A stretch of DNA of 64,000 nt from Tubulanus polymorphus (GCF_964204645.1 NC_134029.1:24809479-24873478); one strand, 5' to 3'. Numbered from the stretch's first letter, positions 18,001-31,100 are shown. Notes: generated by a model from the letters alone, not told the origin. A program made the numbers and translations.

Positions 18001-19494
18001 CCGTCACTCGGCGTAAAATAGCAGTAGGTTTTGTCATCTTCTGGGCGTATTTTATGAACTTGGATTCAGCAATTATGCACAATCGTATATATCTCAGTAA
18101 ATTTCGCAGATATAATGAAACATTTGATCATTTTAAATGTGCTATGACATTGTATTATCCAACTATATGGTCAATACACGCCCTTAATGCTGGAAGAACA
18201 TTTTTACAAGATATCTTTCCTTCTGTAATGATTGTAATATTATCAGTGTTAACTGCTGCATTACGCAATAAGAGATCTGAGATGAGAGCGAAGAGAACAG
18301 ATCGTCATCAATCTTCAGCCAGTAAAACTCTTCTAGTTGTAGTTATGGTGTATATTTTACTAGTTTTCCCACATGCGTTTTGTAAATTTATCGAAGACTC
18401 AATGTCCTTCATTAAGCATTTTTTGTTTGTAAATCACGGTATACGGATAAACTCCCCTATATTGAAGTTCTACATGTTTACTTTATGGAGTAAGTTGGCC
18501 GAATTTGTATTCGACACATTACGACAATTTGTGTTCTGTGTTAATTTCTTTATATACATCGGAACATTGAAAGTTTTCAGGCATCAATTTATTAAATTAT
18601 TTACTGATCGTTTATGTTGTAAAATGAATGAGTCAAATCAGAATCAAACCTGAATTTAGATTCTTACATCGGGCGCCATCTGGTGTTGTTTTAATGAACC
18701 GGGCGGCCATCTGATGTTGTATTAATGAACCGGGCGCCGTCTGGTGTTGGTTTTATGAACAGTTTCACCAATAAATAACAATCATTTTAAATCTCATTTA
18801 TAATTTAATTGTGTCTCACTCATTTTAAACCTTAACACATTGAAGCTTAAATTCAACGGATTCAAATAAAAAAGCGGATCCTCAAATTAAACTCGTACCT
18901 GGGGTCAATCTGTACTCACACAGATGCGGAAACAGAAAGAAGTTAAACCAATGATGAGTAAATCATGATTGAATCATACAGTATAGAATTATATATGAAT
19001 ATAGATTGAATTGTGTTTATAGTTTGAGGTGTTTATACCGGTGAAACAATGTCATACACTATTAGAAGGAAGACGGATTAATCTATGGACTCAATTCACT
19101 GATGTGATCGGTCGTAGAGAAACTAACGTTTCTGAATCATCGACTTCAACAAACAACGGAAATAATCCGGTAGGTACTCGCTTGCCGGGGCTCACTTTGA
19201 TCTTGGAGTATCATTGCAATGATTTCTCCAAGCTGTGATTGTCTTAAAGCCGTTTTGTAGTGTCAGCGGAATCCGATAGATGGCGAACTCGTATATGGCG
19301 GTAGAATTTAATAACAAGTTTATATATGGTGTGTATTTCAGGGTCATTTACGGATGGCTCGATATTGTTTACCGCCGTTTAAAAGACTTGTTCTATGCGC
19401 GTACAGCATTCCTGCCACACATTCAAAAATCGGTGAGAATTTACTGACAAGAGACGAAGAAGAGAGAACGAGACGTTTATCATTCGTGGCTCCC

Positions 19495-19525
<31 letters not shown>

Positions 19526-20143
19526 GTTCGAATAGTTCACCGCGTGGTGAATCTGATTCATTTACAAACAACACTTTATCAACAACACACGACACGAGTT
19601 CAATATCTGATAAACCGATTATCACTATCTCAAAACAACCTCAACAAATCAACTCAACCTGGGATATAATCGAACAATTATTGGCGTCGTCACCAGGGGT
19701 ACAACGTAAATGGAGGAGTTTGTTCCGTCGTGTTGGTTTACGTTCCAGTGAAATCGCGACTCTCTACCACGAGAACTGTCACGTTGGAATGTGCGCCGTC
19801 GTCGCTAAAGCGGTTTCACTGTGGAGACAAAACGCGTGTAATGTTGATATATCTGAAACGTGTGGACGACTTTACAGCGCGTTAATACGTGTTCAACTCA
19901 ATAAAACAGCGTGTACGTTGTTAACCCACTCGCTGCTCGCTCGATTTAATATCATCGCTTCCTAATTTACATATTTAGATGCATCTTAATGTGTTTTCAG
20001 ACCGTTTGATGGCGCTGTTACGACGCTTAAACGCAAACGATGAAGATGACGATCAGTATGACGTTGATAATGAAAATGACGATACCGAATTCGACGAAAC
20101 GATTTCATTCGACTACAACATTCGACATAATTCAACTCTGTAA
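15088..20143 (+). CDS. Uncharacterised protein: helical N-terminus, possible ZU5-like middle region, C-terminal death-like domain and acidic tail (exons 15088-15334, 15895-16298, 16853-17048, 19023-19169, 19342-19912, 20001-20143)
   Basis: Six GT-AG exons join with consistent phases (1,2,0,0,1). KWRSLFRRVGLRSSEIATL...AVSLWRQ...RLYSALIRVQLNKTA|YRL fits the death-domain pattern. The ZU5 resemblance is weak. Confidence 0.7.
15353..15562. mobile_element. MITE with about 30-bp TIRs
   Basis: ggctaaacaaaaatgataccttgtttctccg ... cggagaaacaaggtatcaattttttctagcc. Confidence 0.7.
16322..16398. repeat. 20-bp tandem repeat (4 copies)
   Basis: tgagtttttggacccgggg units. Confidence 0.85.
16588..16700 (+). 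mobile_element. tRNA-derived SINE-like element related to 44977-45175 and 57862-58070
   Basis: A-box-like cggtctagtgg and B box gagttcgaatcc at tRNA spacing. No closed acceptor stem. Confidence 0.55.
17436..18653 (+). CDS. Intronless class A (rhodopsin-family) GPCR, FMRFamide-receptor-like/chemoreceptor type, nested in intron 3 of the death-domain gene
   Basis: Seven hydrophobic segments with N1.50 (GSVLN), LAFSD, AIERF..IRFP, W4.50, an ECL2 Cys, IFPS, LVFP and VNFFIY. N-terminal sequon NFT. First ATG at 17436. Confidence 0.9.
   Translation: MYNFTAITTTTRRIYRTAVKRPDYIIAFHRFIHLLYDYTRTFKYVFLLPPGSVLNFLTIILLIKCRRYQSVRYTFPYLITLAFSDQLVVLFQLQKFPEYLKDLVVYDLGFYRECRATYLTFAKHSKLCPSLYYFYYYFRYLPRRLFPSCAFSNLFYDQAISVSNYIVIVIAIERFVSIRFPFFHMKHFTVTRRKIAVGFVIFWAYFMNLDSAIMHNRIYLSKFRRYNETFDHFKCAMTLYYPTIWSIHALNAGRTFLQDIFPSVMIVILSVLTAALRNKRSEMRAKRTDRHQSSASKTLLVVVMVYILLVFPHAFCKFIEDSMSFIKHFLFVNHGIRINSPILKFYMFTLWSKLAEFVFDTLRQFVFCVNFFIYIGTLKVFRHQFIKLFTDRLCCKMNESNQNQT
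18670..18760. repeat. 30-31-bp triplication of a CTCF-like motif
   Basis: cgggcgccatctggtgttgttttaatgaac in 3 diverged copies. The reverse strand reads CACCAGATGGCGC. Confidence 0.6.
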
Positions 20144-22033
20144 AAATTGAGACGGTATCGACAAGAAATGTAACTGTAATTTGAAACAAACTGTATTTTA
20201 CATTGTGACCTTGGTGGAGGTCATTTAAGTATATTTGAAAAGAGTTTCTAAGTGTATGAAAATCTGGAAATATAGAAATAGATTTAGAGATGAATTAGAA
20301 ATTATTAGAATCGTCAGTAACAATGTATAATGTAGTCTTAACGAGGGGGGTAGACTTTGACCGCATTCGACACCAGAGGGAGCGTCCTACAGCAAGCGGA
20401 AATAGATGGAACCACGCCCTCTATACAAACTGATAAACCACGTGTTTTGGCGTCCATATTTTCTTGAATTTATTTGATTTCAAAAATATATAACATTTTT
20501 TCTCTAGTTTTAACACATACATTTATATCATTCACATAACAGAAACTTAAAGGAAAATCAATAATGTAACAGGAAGATTATGTAACCATGGGTACTTTAA
20601 TCGTTAATCTGTCTTAAACCAAGGAGAAAATTTAAACGGATTCAATATCGCTTACGACTCGTTGAGTCACGTGGTGGGTACACAGTAAAAAATGACGTCA
20701 TACATTTTGCGTATTACGTCATTATACTACGCGACATAGTCACACATATATCATGGCAGCCATATTTGATATTAGACATTTATACAAATAATGCGTGAAA
20801 TTCAAAAGAAACCAATGATAAGACAGTAAAACATTGAATATAGAAATAAATCATCAGGGACGATACTCTAAAAAATCAATAATAACTCTGTCTGTTAACT
20901 TAACTTACATTTAAAATAAACATCGAAAATAATGAACTGAATATTTGTATAGAGAAGCTATCGTCCCGGGTTCGAATGTTTATCAGATATTAATCTCTGT
21001 ATAGGATATTTCAGCGAGTTAGGAAGACAACATAATCTAGAGAATGTAAATATTAATTAATCAATATCTCATTTATTAATGACGTATAATTAATAAAAGA
21101 TTATTATGATTATCATTATTACTATAATTTTCATTATTGTCTGGGGTCGCGTTTCACCAAGACCAAGCGTCTGATGTGGTTACACTAGGATCGTAGAGCG
21201 ACGGAGATCTCTGTGGAGACAACCGCTGCCAGTGCTGGGTGAAAGGTCGCGTCAGAGTCAAATACAAAACTAAACTAAACAAAACGTGAGTTTTTTAATA
21301 TCACAGTCAATAATCTATTAGATAAATTTCGTTTTGAATGTTGTCCATGAGTGGGGTGAAAATTAATATCTAACCGCTTATATAGATTTAAATACATCGT
21401 ATGTTTGGTATCGATGTTTGATCCGGTGCCAAAACAATGATGTAATATTCACATTTTGAAGCGGGTCTTAATTTCAAACAGATCCTTATTAAAAACTTAT
21501 GTAAAAATGAATTCATTATTAGCGTTAACGAAACCAAATTTATTAAAACTGGACAAAATTCTTTTCTCGAAGAAAAATAAATTTCGAATTTATATTTTTA
21601 CTCGTTATCTGATGTAAATGTGATTGTAAATCTTATTTCAATAAATGCAGCTTGATCCAGTCTCATTGAACTTGCGTTGTATTATTCGATGACCGATAGT
21701 TATTTTCGGGAGTTCCTTATTTTCGTCGATTTGACGCTTTGAGGTCAGGATAACCTGAGTCTCTGGAATATTTCTATGGATATTGCGTCATCATTTTTAC
21801 GGGTTGAAATATCCAAGTCAACACAATGAATACACATATACATATATATATATATATATTTATACGCGGCGATGGAATGGTTCGTAATGTAATTATTTGA
21901 TAAGATCATTGGAATATGGCAAGTATTTGAACTGGGATAAATCACACATTTGGTATATTATAATTTCACTACACTTTACACGTGTTTGTTGTTATTGAAG
22001 GTAGATTTCGGGGGAATTTTTAAATCAATCAAA

Positions 22034-22156
22034 TTGCTGTGTAGTTTCCACAGTTTCAATACGATCCCTCGTTATTGCTGTGTAGTTTCCACAGTTTCAA
22101 TACGATCCCTCGTTATTGCTGTGTAGTTTCCACAGTTTCAATACGATCCCTCGTTA
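22034..22156. repeat. 41-bp tandem repeat (3 copies) at the PC1/3 stop codon
   Basis: Unit ttgctgtgtagtttccacagtttcaatacgatccctcgtta. Confidence 0.92.
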
Positions 22157-25100
22157 ATGGACGTCCGTTATATCGTTGTCTAGGTATGAATCGTCTGATC
22201 AGTCTACTACTACTACTTCCGGTGGCGGTATATTTTGGAAAATTGGACGCCATATAATCTTGCTCTATTTCATCCCAATCACCTCGATTCCGATGCAGAA
22301 TCTCATTCTCCAGCGAATCTATCAATTCAACTTCCGCTTTCGCCTCTTCTTCTTTTTCATCGCGAACCTCGTTTTCGAATTCTCCGCCATCTTGTTTTTT
22401 CCGGTCGTCGTCATCGTCGTCACCTTGATTTTCGTAGTACGGCGACGGCGCCGACCTTGAACTCGAGTCGTCTGTATCGTAGGTCTCGTAGTAATCTGTA
22501 TAATCGTTCGGTTGGAACAAGTTTTGTAACAAGTTGAAGGAGAATTCGGATTCGTCGTTGTCTAAAATCAATTCATCGCTCTGGAATATTTTAAATAGAT
22601 TCAGGCGTTAGATTCATTATAAGATTTGACTCCATTTGGTGGGGGCGAGGGGGGGGGGGGGTCGGTGGGGTGCGTCGGGGTCACTGGTATGTAGAGTATA
22701 ATAACCAGAAGTAATTCTGAAACTGAAGACCCCTGATGATATCGAATCCCACAATACGACGAGAGTCGTCTTCAAGAGAATTCACGTTTATTTCATCAGT
22801 ATGTGTGAATACGGATATATACATTCAAAACGTCAAATAAACTACCAGCTCAAGAAAACATTTCGCACTTGTTTTATACTTTAAAAGAGGAAACTTGTGT
22901 AGAATAAGTAAAACGCGGACGGTGCTTTATTAAGTGTGACTTGAAGTACGATATAACCCTATACTCATTCACCTGATGAAGCTTCTTTACACTAGAAACG
23001 AAACCTCGTACTTCAAATAAACTATAGTCACATCTATATAGTATTATCTGTCTCGCTTTACTTTTTATTCTTGATGTGGGATTTTATATTATGTTTACAA
23101 CACGGACACAGTGTGTTTCATCAATGGTAATATCTTCCACCATTTGTGGTCTTTCAATACCAGGGACCCAGTTCCACAGTGTTACAGTTCAATCTGTGTT
23201 AAATAGATCAGGTTTATTCTTAGTTTTTCTCTGGTTCCATAGAACCACAATTCAACTGACGCAGTAGTAGAACTGGATCTAGTTACTACACGTGCATTAA
23301 CCGCAAGCGGCGTAGAAATCCACCACCGAAAATATTCAAACCCAAAACCGTTAAAATATCAGATCTGCTGAGAGAGAGAAAAACACCCGAGTTTAGAAGC
23401 GAAGAAGTGAGAATATTCTGGAATATATATGGGGTATATATATTTCTATACCTTATGTATGAACTTGATGTGAAATATAATCATATGCAACATTAGTTAA
23501 AGCCTGTATTTTCTCTTTAGATCGAGTCGCCTCTGCTTGCTGTAAATTATATGGAGTGAAATACACAGTGTAATTCGGAGAAACCCCAATTGATATATCG
23601 ACGTTCATTCTACTATCGCGACCGGTCAAACCGACCTATTACTACAGCTACAAATCCTAGAAATTGTTCTTTTTGTTTTTAATGCAAAACTTACCGAACG
23701 ATCGTTTTTCACTTTATTGTATTCGGCATACTGTCTTCCGTCTCCGGTATAATACGGAGGTCTTTCTTTCAACCCGTGTAAAATTAATGATACGTCCAGT
23801 ACTTTCCCAGAATTCCCATCACCGTCTCCATCTTTCTGTAATCGTATATCGTATATCGTAATGAATCAGTATACTATAATCTATATATCGTATATCGTAC
23901 ATCGTACATCGTATATCGTACATCTATCGTGGATCAGTGGATATCAGTATATCGTGGATCAGTGGATATCAGTATATCGTGGATCAGTGGATATCAGTAT
24001 ATCGTGGATCAGTCTACTCTTATCGTATATAAGTAAGACAATGATACCGAGCTATAAGAATCTATACACAATGGTTCAGTTACTCTATGATAGGTTAAAC
24101 TTGATCCGAACATCTGATAAACACTGAATTAAATTTGCAACTGTTTTACAATAGTCAGAGGGCCCAGTTCCATATGACGTGTAAGTTTGTTATTGACAAC
24201 TCTAAGAACTGCTGAAGTGAACCCGAGAACTGTGGACCGGAGCGGAGCTGACCGTCGCCCGTGGATGTGAGTCCTGTAGCTGTGTGGTACTAGTACTTAC
24301 CGGATCACGTATTCTAACGATCCATGTACCACCCGGTTTCTCACCCCACTGATGTGAGATTTGTAGCTGTGTGGTACTAGTACTTACCGGATCACGTATT
24401 CTAACGATCCATGTACCACCCGGTTTCTCACCCGACTGATGTGAGTCCTGTAGCTGTGTGGTACTAGTACTTACCGGATCACGTATTCTAACGATCCATG
24501 TACCACCCGGTTTCTCACCCCACTGATGTGAGTCCTGTAGCTGTGTGGTACTAGTACTTACCGGATCACGTATTCTAACGATCCATGTACCACCCGGTTT
24601 CTCACCCCACTGATGAACGCTCATAAACGGCCAATTTTTAAACCCATCTGATGACAAATCACGACCGCGTTGCGTTAAAAGACGCGTAATCGTTCCTGTA
24701 AAATAGGATCCATTGAAAACCGACATGAAGAAAAGTAAATCAATTTGTTGACAGAAAATATACAAAAGTGTCGGAAAAAGCTGATCGATATAAGCGCCAT
24801 TATAAAACCTCACAATATTGACGAAATAATATATAACTTTAAAATCTTTTTTCTGACGACGTTTGTAAAACTTTGGAATATCCATAAATAAACTTTACCT
24901 GCAGGTGATCGAATATCTATATCGAGAACACCTCGTTTAGTATAAGACATATTGATTTGTACTTGTACGTGTTCGAGGAAGTTGATCTCATTCGGTTGAC
25001 CTTTACAACCGGATACGTGTAACTTGATTTCGACTTCATTACCAGTCTTTAATTTTCTGACGAAGAAAAGAAAAGAAAATACACTAGAAAAACCTCAATA

Positions 25101-28100
25101 GTTTAATGTTAATGTGACATGTAATACCAGTAATTCTGAACTGTGATCTCAGCTCAAATATTTATGGAATTTCATCTGACTCCTGGACCCGGTTCCACAA
25201 TTGTGAGTTAGATTTAACCTTTTGAGTCAAAATAGGTTTATCTTAGAATATAGATTGACCCTGTTATTTAATGTCACTGTCAATGTCTTAACTCAATGTG
25301 TCATCTCAATGTGTGACGTGTTATCAGTGATCATACCCATCATACCCATATAAACACCACTGGCAGTGTCATCTCAATGTGTGACGTGTTATCAGTGATC
25401 ATACCCATCATACCCATATAAACACCACTGGCAGTGTCATCTCAATGTGTGACGTGTTATCAGTGATCATACCCATCATACCCATATAAACACCACTGGC
25501 AGTGTCATCTCAATGTGTGACGTGTTATCAGTGATCATACCAATCATACCCATATAAACACCACTGGCAGTGTCATCTCAATGTGTGACGTGTTATCAGT
25601 GATCATACCCATCATACCCATATAAACACCACTGGCAGTGTCATCTCAATGTGTGACGTGTTATCAGTGATCATACCCATCATACCCATATAAACACCAC
25701 TGGCAGTGTCATCTCAATGTGTGACGTGTTATCAGTGATCATACCAATCATACCCATATAAACACCACTGGCAGTGTCATCTCAATGTGTGACGTGTTAT
25801 CAGTGATCATACCCATCATACCCACCACCTACTCCATCATACCCACCACCTACTCCACCATACCCACCACCTACTCCACCATACCCACCACCTACTCCAC
25901 CATACCCACCACCTACTCCACCATACCCTCCACCTACTCCACCATACCCACCACCTACTCCACCATACCCACCACCTACTCCACCATACCCACCACCTAC
26001 TCCACCATACCCACCACCTACTCCACCATACCCACCACCTACTCCACCATACCCACCACCTACTCCACCATACCCACCACCTACTCCACCATACCCACCA
26101 CCTACTCCACCATACCCACCACCTACTCCACCATACCCTCCACCTACTCCACCATACCCACCACCTACTCCACCATACCCACCACCTACTCCATCATACC
26201 CACCACCTACTCCACCATACCCACCACCTACTCCACCATACCCACCACCTACTCCACCATACCCACCACCTACTCCATCATACCCACCACCTACTCCACC
26301 ATACCCACCACCTACTCCACCATACCCACCACCTACTCCACCATACCCACCACCTACTCCACCATACCCACCACCTACTCCACCATACCCACCACCTACT
26401 CCACCATACCCACCACCTACTCCACCATACCCACCACCTACTCCACCATACCCACCACCTACTCCACCATACCCACCACCTACTCCACCATACCCTCCAC
26501 CTACTCCACCATACCCACCACCTACTCCACCATACCCACCACCTACTCCACCATACCCACCACCTACTCCATCATACCCACCACCTACTCCACCATACCC
26601 ACCACCTACTCCACCATACCCACCACCTACTCCACCATACCCACCACCTACTCCACCATACCCTCCACCTACTCCACCATACCCACCACCTACTCCACCA
26701 TACCCACCACCTACTCCACCATACCCTCCACCTACTCCACCATACCCACCACCTACTCCACCATACCCACCACCTACTCCACCATACCCACCACCTACTC
26801 CACCATTCCCACCACCTACTCCACCATACCCACCACCTACTCCACCATACCCACCACCTACTCCACCATACCCACCACCTACTCCACCATACCCACCACC
26901 TACTCCACCATACCCACCACCTACTCCACCATACCCACCACCTACTCCACCATACCCACCACCTACTCCACCATACCCTCCACCTACTCCACCATACCCA
27001 CCACCTACTCCACCATACCCACCACCTACTCCACCATACCCACCACCTACTCCATCATACCCACCACCTACTCCACCATACCCACCACCTACTCCACCAT
27101 ACCCTCCACCTACTCCACCATACCCACCACCTACTCCACCATACCCACCACCTACTCCACCATACCCACCACCTACTCCACCATACCCACCACCTACTCC
27201 ACCATACCCACCACCTACTCCACCATACCCTCCACCTACTCCACCATACCCACCACCTACTCCACCATACCCACCACCTACTCCACCATACCCACCACCT
27301 ACTCCATCATACCCACCACCTACTCCACCATACCCACCACCTACTCCACCATACCCACCACCTACTCCACCATACCCACCACCTACTCCACCATACCCAC
27401 CACCTACTCCACCATACCCACCACCTACTCCACCATACCCACCACCTACTCCACCATACCCTCCACCTACTCCACCATACCCACCACCTACTCCACCATA
27501 CCCACCACCTACTCCACCATACCCACCACCTACTCCACCATACCCTCCACCTACTCCACCATACCCACCACCTACTCCACCATACCCACCACCTACTCCA
27601 CCATACCCACCACCTACTCCACCATACCCACCACCTACTCCACCATACCCACCACCTACTCCACCATACCCACCACCTACTCCACCATACCCACCACCTA
27701 CTCCACCATACCCACCACCTACTCCACCATACCCTCCACCTACTCCACCATACCCACCACCTACTCCACCATACCCACCACCTACTCCACCATACCCACC
27801 ACCTACTCCACCATACCCACCACCTACTCCACCATACCCTCCACCTACTCCACCATACCCACCACCTACTCCACCATACCCACCACCTACTCCACCATAC
27901 CCACCACCTACTCCACCATACCCACCACCTACTCCACCATACCCACCACCTACTCCACCATACCCACCACCTACTCCACCATACCCTCCACCTACTCCAC
28001 CATACCCACCACCTATTCTTTGTCACATGTATTCATTGTATCTGGACATTCATCCTAAACAACATTTTTCCAGCTAGGCCGTTCTTCGGGTTCCTGGTGT

Positions 28101-31100
28101 GACCCCCTCCTTCGGTATCCTGGGCTAGCCCCTCCCTCCGGGCTCCTGTACCCTCCTACGGGTTCCTGCACCCCCTCCGGGCTCCCGTAAACCCATTTCC
28201 CCTCCAGACCCCTGTAACTTACTGTACTTACTTTGGGAAGGCAGATCGATCAGAAACCTCGCAAATGGATTTATTCTGAACGTTCGTCCAGTTTTTAGCG
28301 TTATCCACCAACGCAGCCGCGTTCAGTAAACCGAACCCGAATCTAGGGTTTACCCAGAATTGAGCTCCATTTCTGTGCCAGTCGTCATTATTTTTAAGCG
28401 GGTCGTACTCTGAAGTCCAAGCGACTAAATGTTGTAGGTCTCTCCAGGTCAGATCGGGACTGAAAAAAACACGGTATTTCTATCAATATATACGACATCA
28501 GTCATTCGATTAACGACACAAGATTCAATTAGTCTTTGCAAAAACCACAAGATGTAAACCCGTGATGTCTGACCGAACCTGATTAAACAAATTCTGATTT
28601 TTCACTGGGTATCATAAAAAGGGGGCAAAGAAACTGTTTATCACGAAACAAAGAACCGTTGAGAGTCAGGAGGCGCTAAAAACCAAACCGAAGTAGGATA
28701 AGATGAAACCGTGTGATGCGGTGGTGGTGGTGGTGATTACGTCACGGAACTGCACCTACAGAATCTTTATTGAAATGAAGTTGTTGTTTTTTTTTGGTGT
28801 ATGAATGAACGATCAGATGGTAATGTATACGGATAGAATCCGATTGCGTTATTACACATTCAAATATAATACACCCAGTTACAACATTAATAAAACATTA
28901 TGTAGGAAAAAACCCTGTTCGACAGAAGGAAAGAAACGTCTGGGATTGAGAAACTAATAAACACGAGTTTATCTAATGAGGCTTATAAAACGGCTACATC
29001 TCGTTATAACCAACCCTTAGGTCTATACTCAACCACGGCAGGTGCGGGTAAAAACAAACAGCGGATGATAGTTTTAGAGATTCTGTGTGTTCTGCCTCGA
29101 GTAGTCGAGGAGGATGTCTGTTAGATTTAAACAGTCTATAAAAGCCTGCAGCTCGACCAGGTATCGACATCCAGCACGCCGCTAATTCAACACGATCGAC
29201 GCCACAGATTTATCGCCACAGAATCCGTTAGTAATTAGTCATAGAAAGTCTCACTGTTCCCACTGGCCACATATAAACACAAACTGGACTGAGGATACAT
29301 CCAAACCTAACTCCAAACCCAGGACATTTGGCAGTAGAGCTTTTAAGAGTTCTGATCCGCAGCAAGATTCCGTAGTAACTAAAAAATGTTTGTAATGATG
29401 GTTTTGTTTGCGTTGGTGGTTTCTTTATGGGTATCAGACAGCAAACGATGTGTGCAAGTTGTTGTTTGATGCTTTGATCTACCAGCGCTGACAATAAATC
29501 AGCCAGGGGTAAAAATAATTCTTCCTCGGTTCTTGTGCGTCGATATCTGGCAAACATTCAGAATTATTTTTAAAAACTTAAGGATAGACGGAACTGTAAT
29601 TGGTTGGGTCGGAACGATGAGGTGCTTTGATAGTGTGGTTTGTGCAGGGATCTCGCTGTTACTTCTTGATACTCCCGACTACTTTCTATAAAAGGAAGAA
29701 CCGGAAGTATAGGAAGACATGGTTGTTTTGCTTTATCCTGTAGTATTATAGAGTTGGTAAAATTATAAATGAAAATTGGTATAATAAGTATAGAATGATT
29801 TTAGATTTGATAATTAATTACATTGTATTTCTGAATCAAAAGTTTACTATTGTTGATTGGAAAAAGAAACGATGAGTTTGTTCCATAATCTAGGTGAAAA
29901 CTAAGTTTTGAAAATATATCTAAATTAAGTATCCTGGATGTTAATTAAGGACAAGACCTTTATAATCGCTTAAGTTTTATGGAAGTTTAATTGTGGCAAA
30001 TATCAATACTAGCTCTCTAAGGTTTCTGTTGGTGTACATGTCTGTTGGTAACTCGTAGAGAATAGCTGCTCTCTCAACGATGATGAGTAGGGAGTGAGTA
30101 AATCAAAGCGCGTTATGACAGGAGGGTTGGAAAGAAAAGTTACTTTGGCAAATCAGTTTCTCAAATAATTTTAGATTAGCAAATCATTAAGGCTAATTCT
30201 ACATGTCCAAAACCGTCATGACAGCTAGGTTGCTGCTCCTTGCCAAAAGTCGAACGGGAGAGTCGGCATTCTAGGAATGCCGATTTTTTTCCATAAAAGA
30301 GGCCCGCAGTCTTGAGAAAGCAGACTTACCAGGGACGCTCGTTATAGATACTTGAGGTTTGGGTGGAAATACCAGAGTTAAGACGGGTTACCATCAGTAG
30401 TGTACGATAGGAATTTGGAGTTAGGAATTGGACTGTGTACTATCTGGAGTTATTACTATCATCAAGGTAAATAAAATCTATATTATTATTATTATATTCA
30501 ATCAGAATTTCGGCATTTTAATTTGATTATTTGGGTTTGTGCACGGACACGTTCTCTCGCCAGGGACCGATCTTTACGTTTTTATATTCAACGATTAAGG
30601 AGAGGATTGTGACCGGTGTATCATTGGTGCCGAAACCCGGGATATCGGTGTATCATTGGTGCCGAAACCCGGGATATCGGTGTATCATTGGTGCCGAAAC
30701 CCGGGATATCGGTGTATCATTGGTGCCGAAACCCGGGAAATCAATAATCTTCGGTTTACGATAAACTTTTTACATTAATTGTTTAGTTTTGTTCAAATGG
30801 TACATATCTTCGTATGCTTTCACTGTGGTGCGAGGAACGCATTCTCTAAGAAGCGCCGCACTACAACCAACTCAACATACGAAAAGAAATTGTGGGGGTC
30901 GAACCCACCTAATACCAAACCGTTTGAAATTCCGGTCGAGTTTCGGGAACCATTGTGGGATTCGAACCCACTGCCAACTCCGGTCGTCCCTGTTGAGACA
31001 TTGCGGGATCCGAACCCGCGAAGTGCACGACCATTTGAGATTCCGGAGGAACTTCGAGAGCCGTCGTGGGATTCGAACCCACCACTGCACGCTCATGTGT

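Noticed and set aside
25785-28058. 757-aa mucin-like (STIPTTY)n ORF
   Set aside because: A 21-bp minisatellite antisense within a PC1/3 intron. The unit is a multiple of 3 and has no stop codon, so an ORF is automatic.
29228-29557. Antisense ORF inside the LTR ([15 protein letters not shown]...), repeated at 35405-35629
   Set aside because: Short, no recognisable domain, and it runs out of the LTR into different flanks. Its duplication only reflects the two LTRs.
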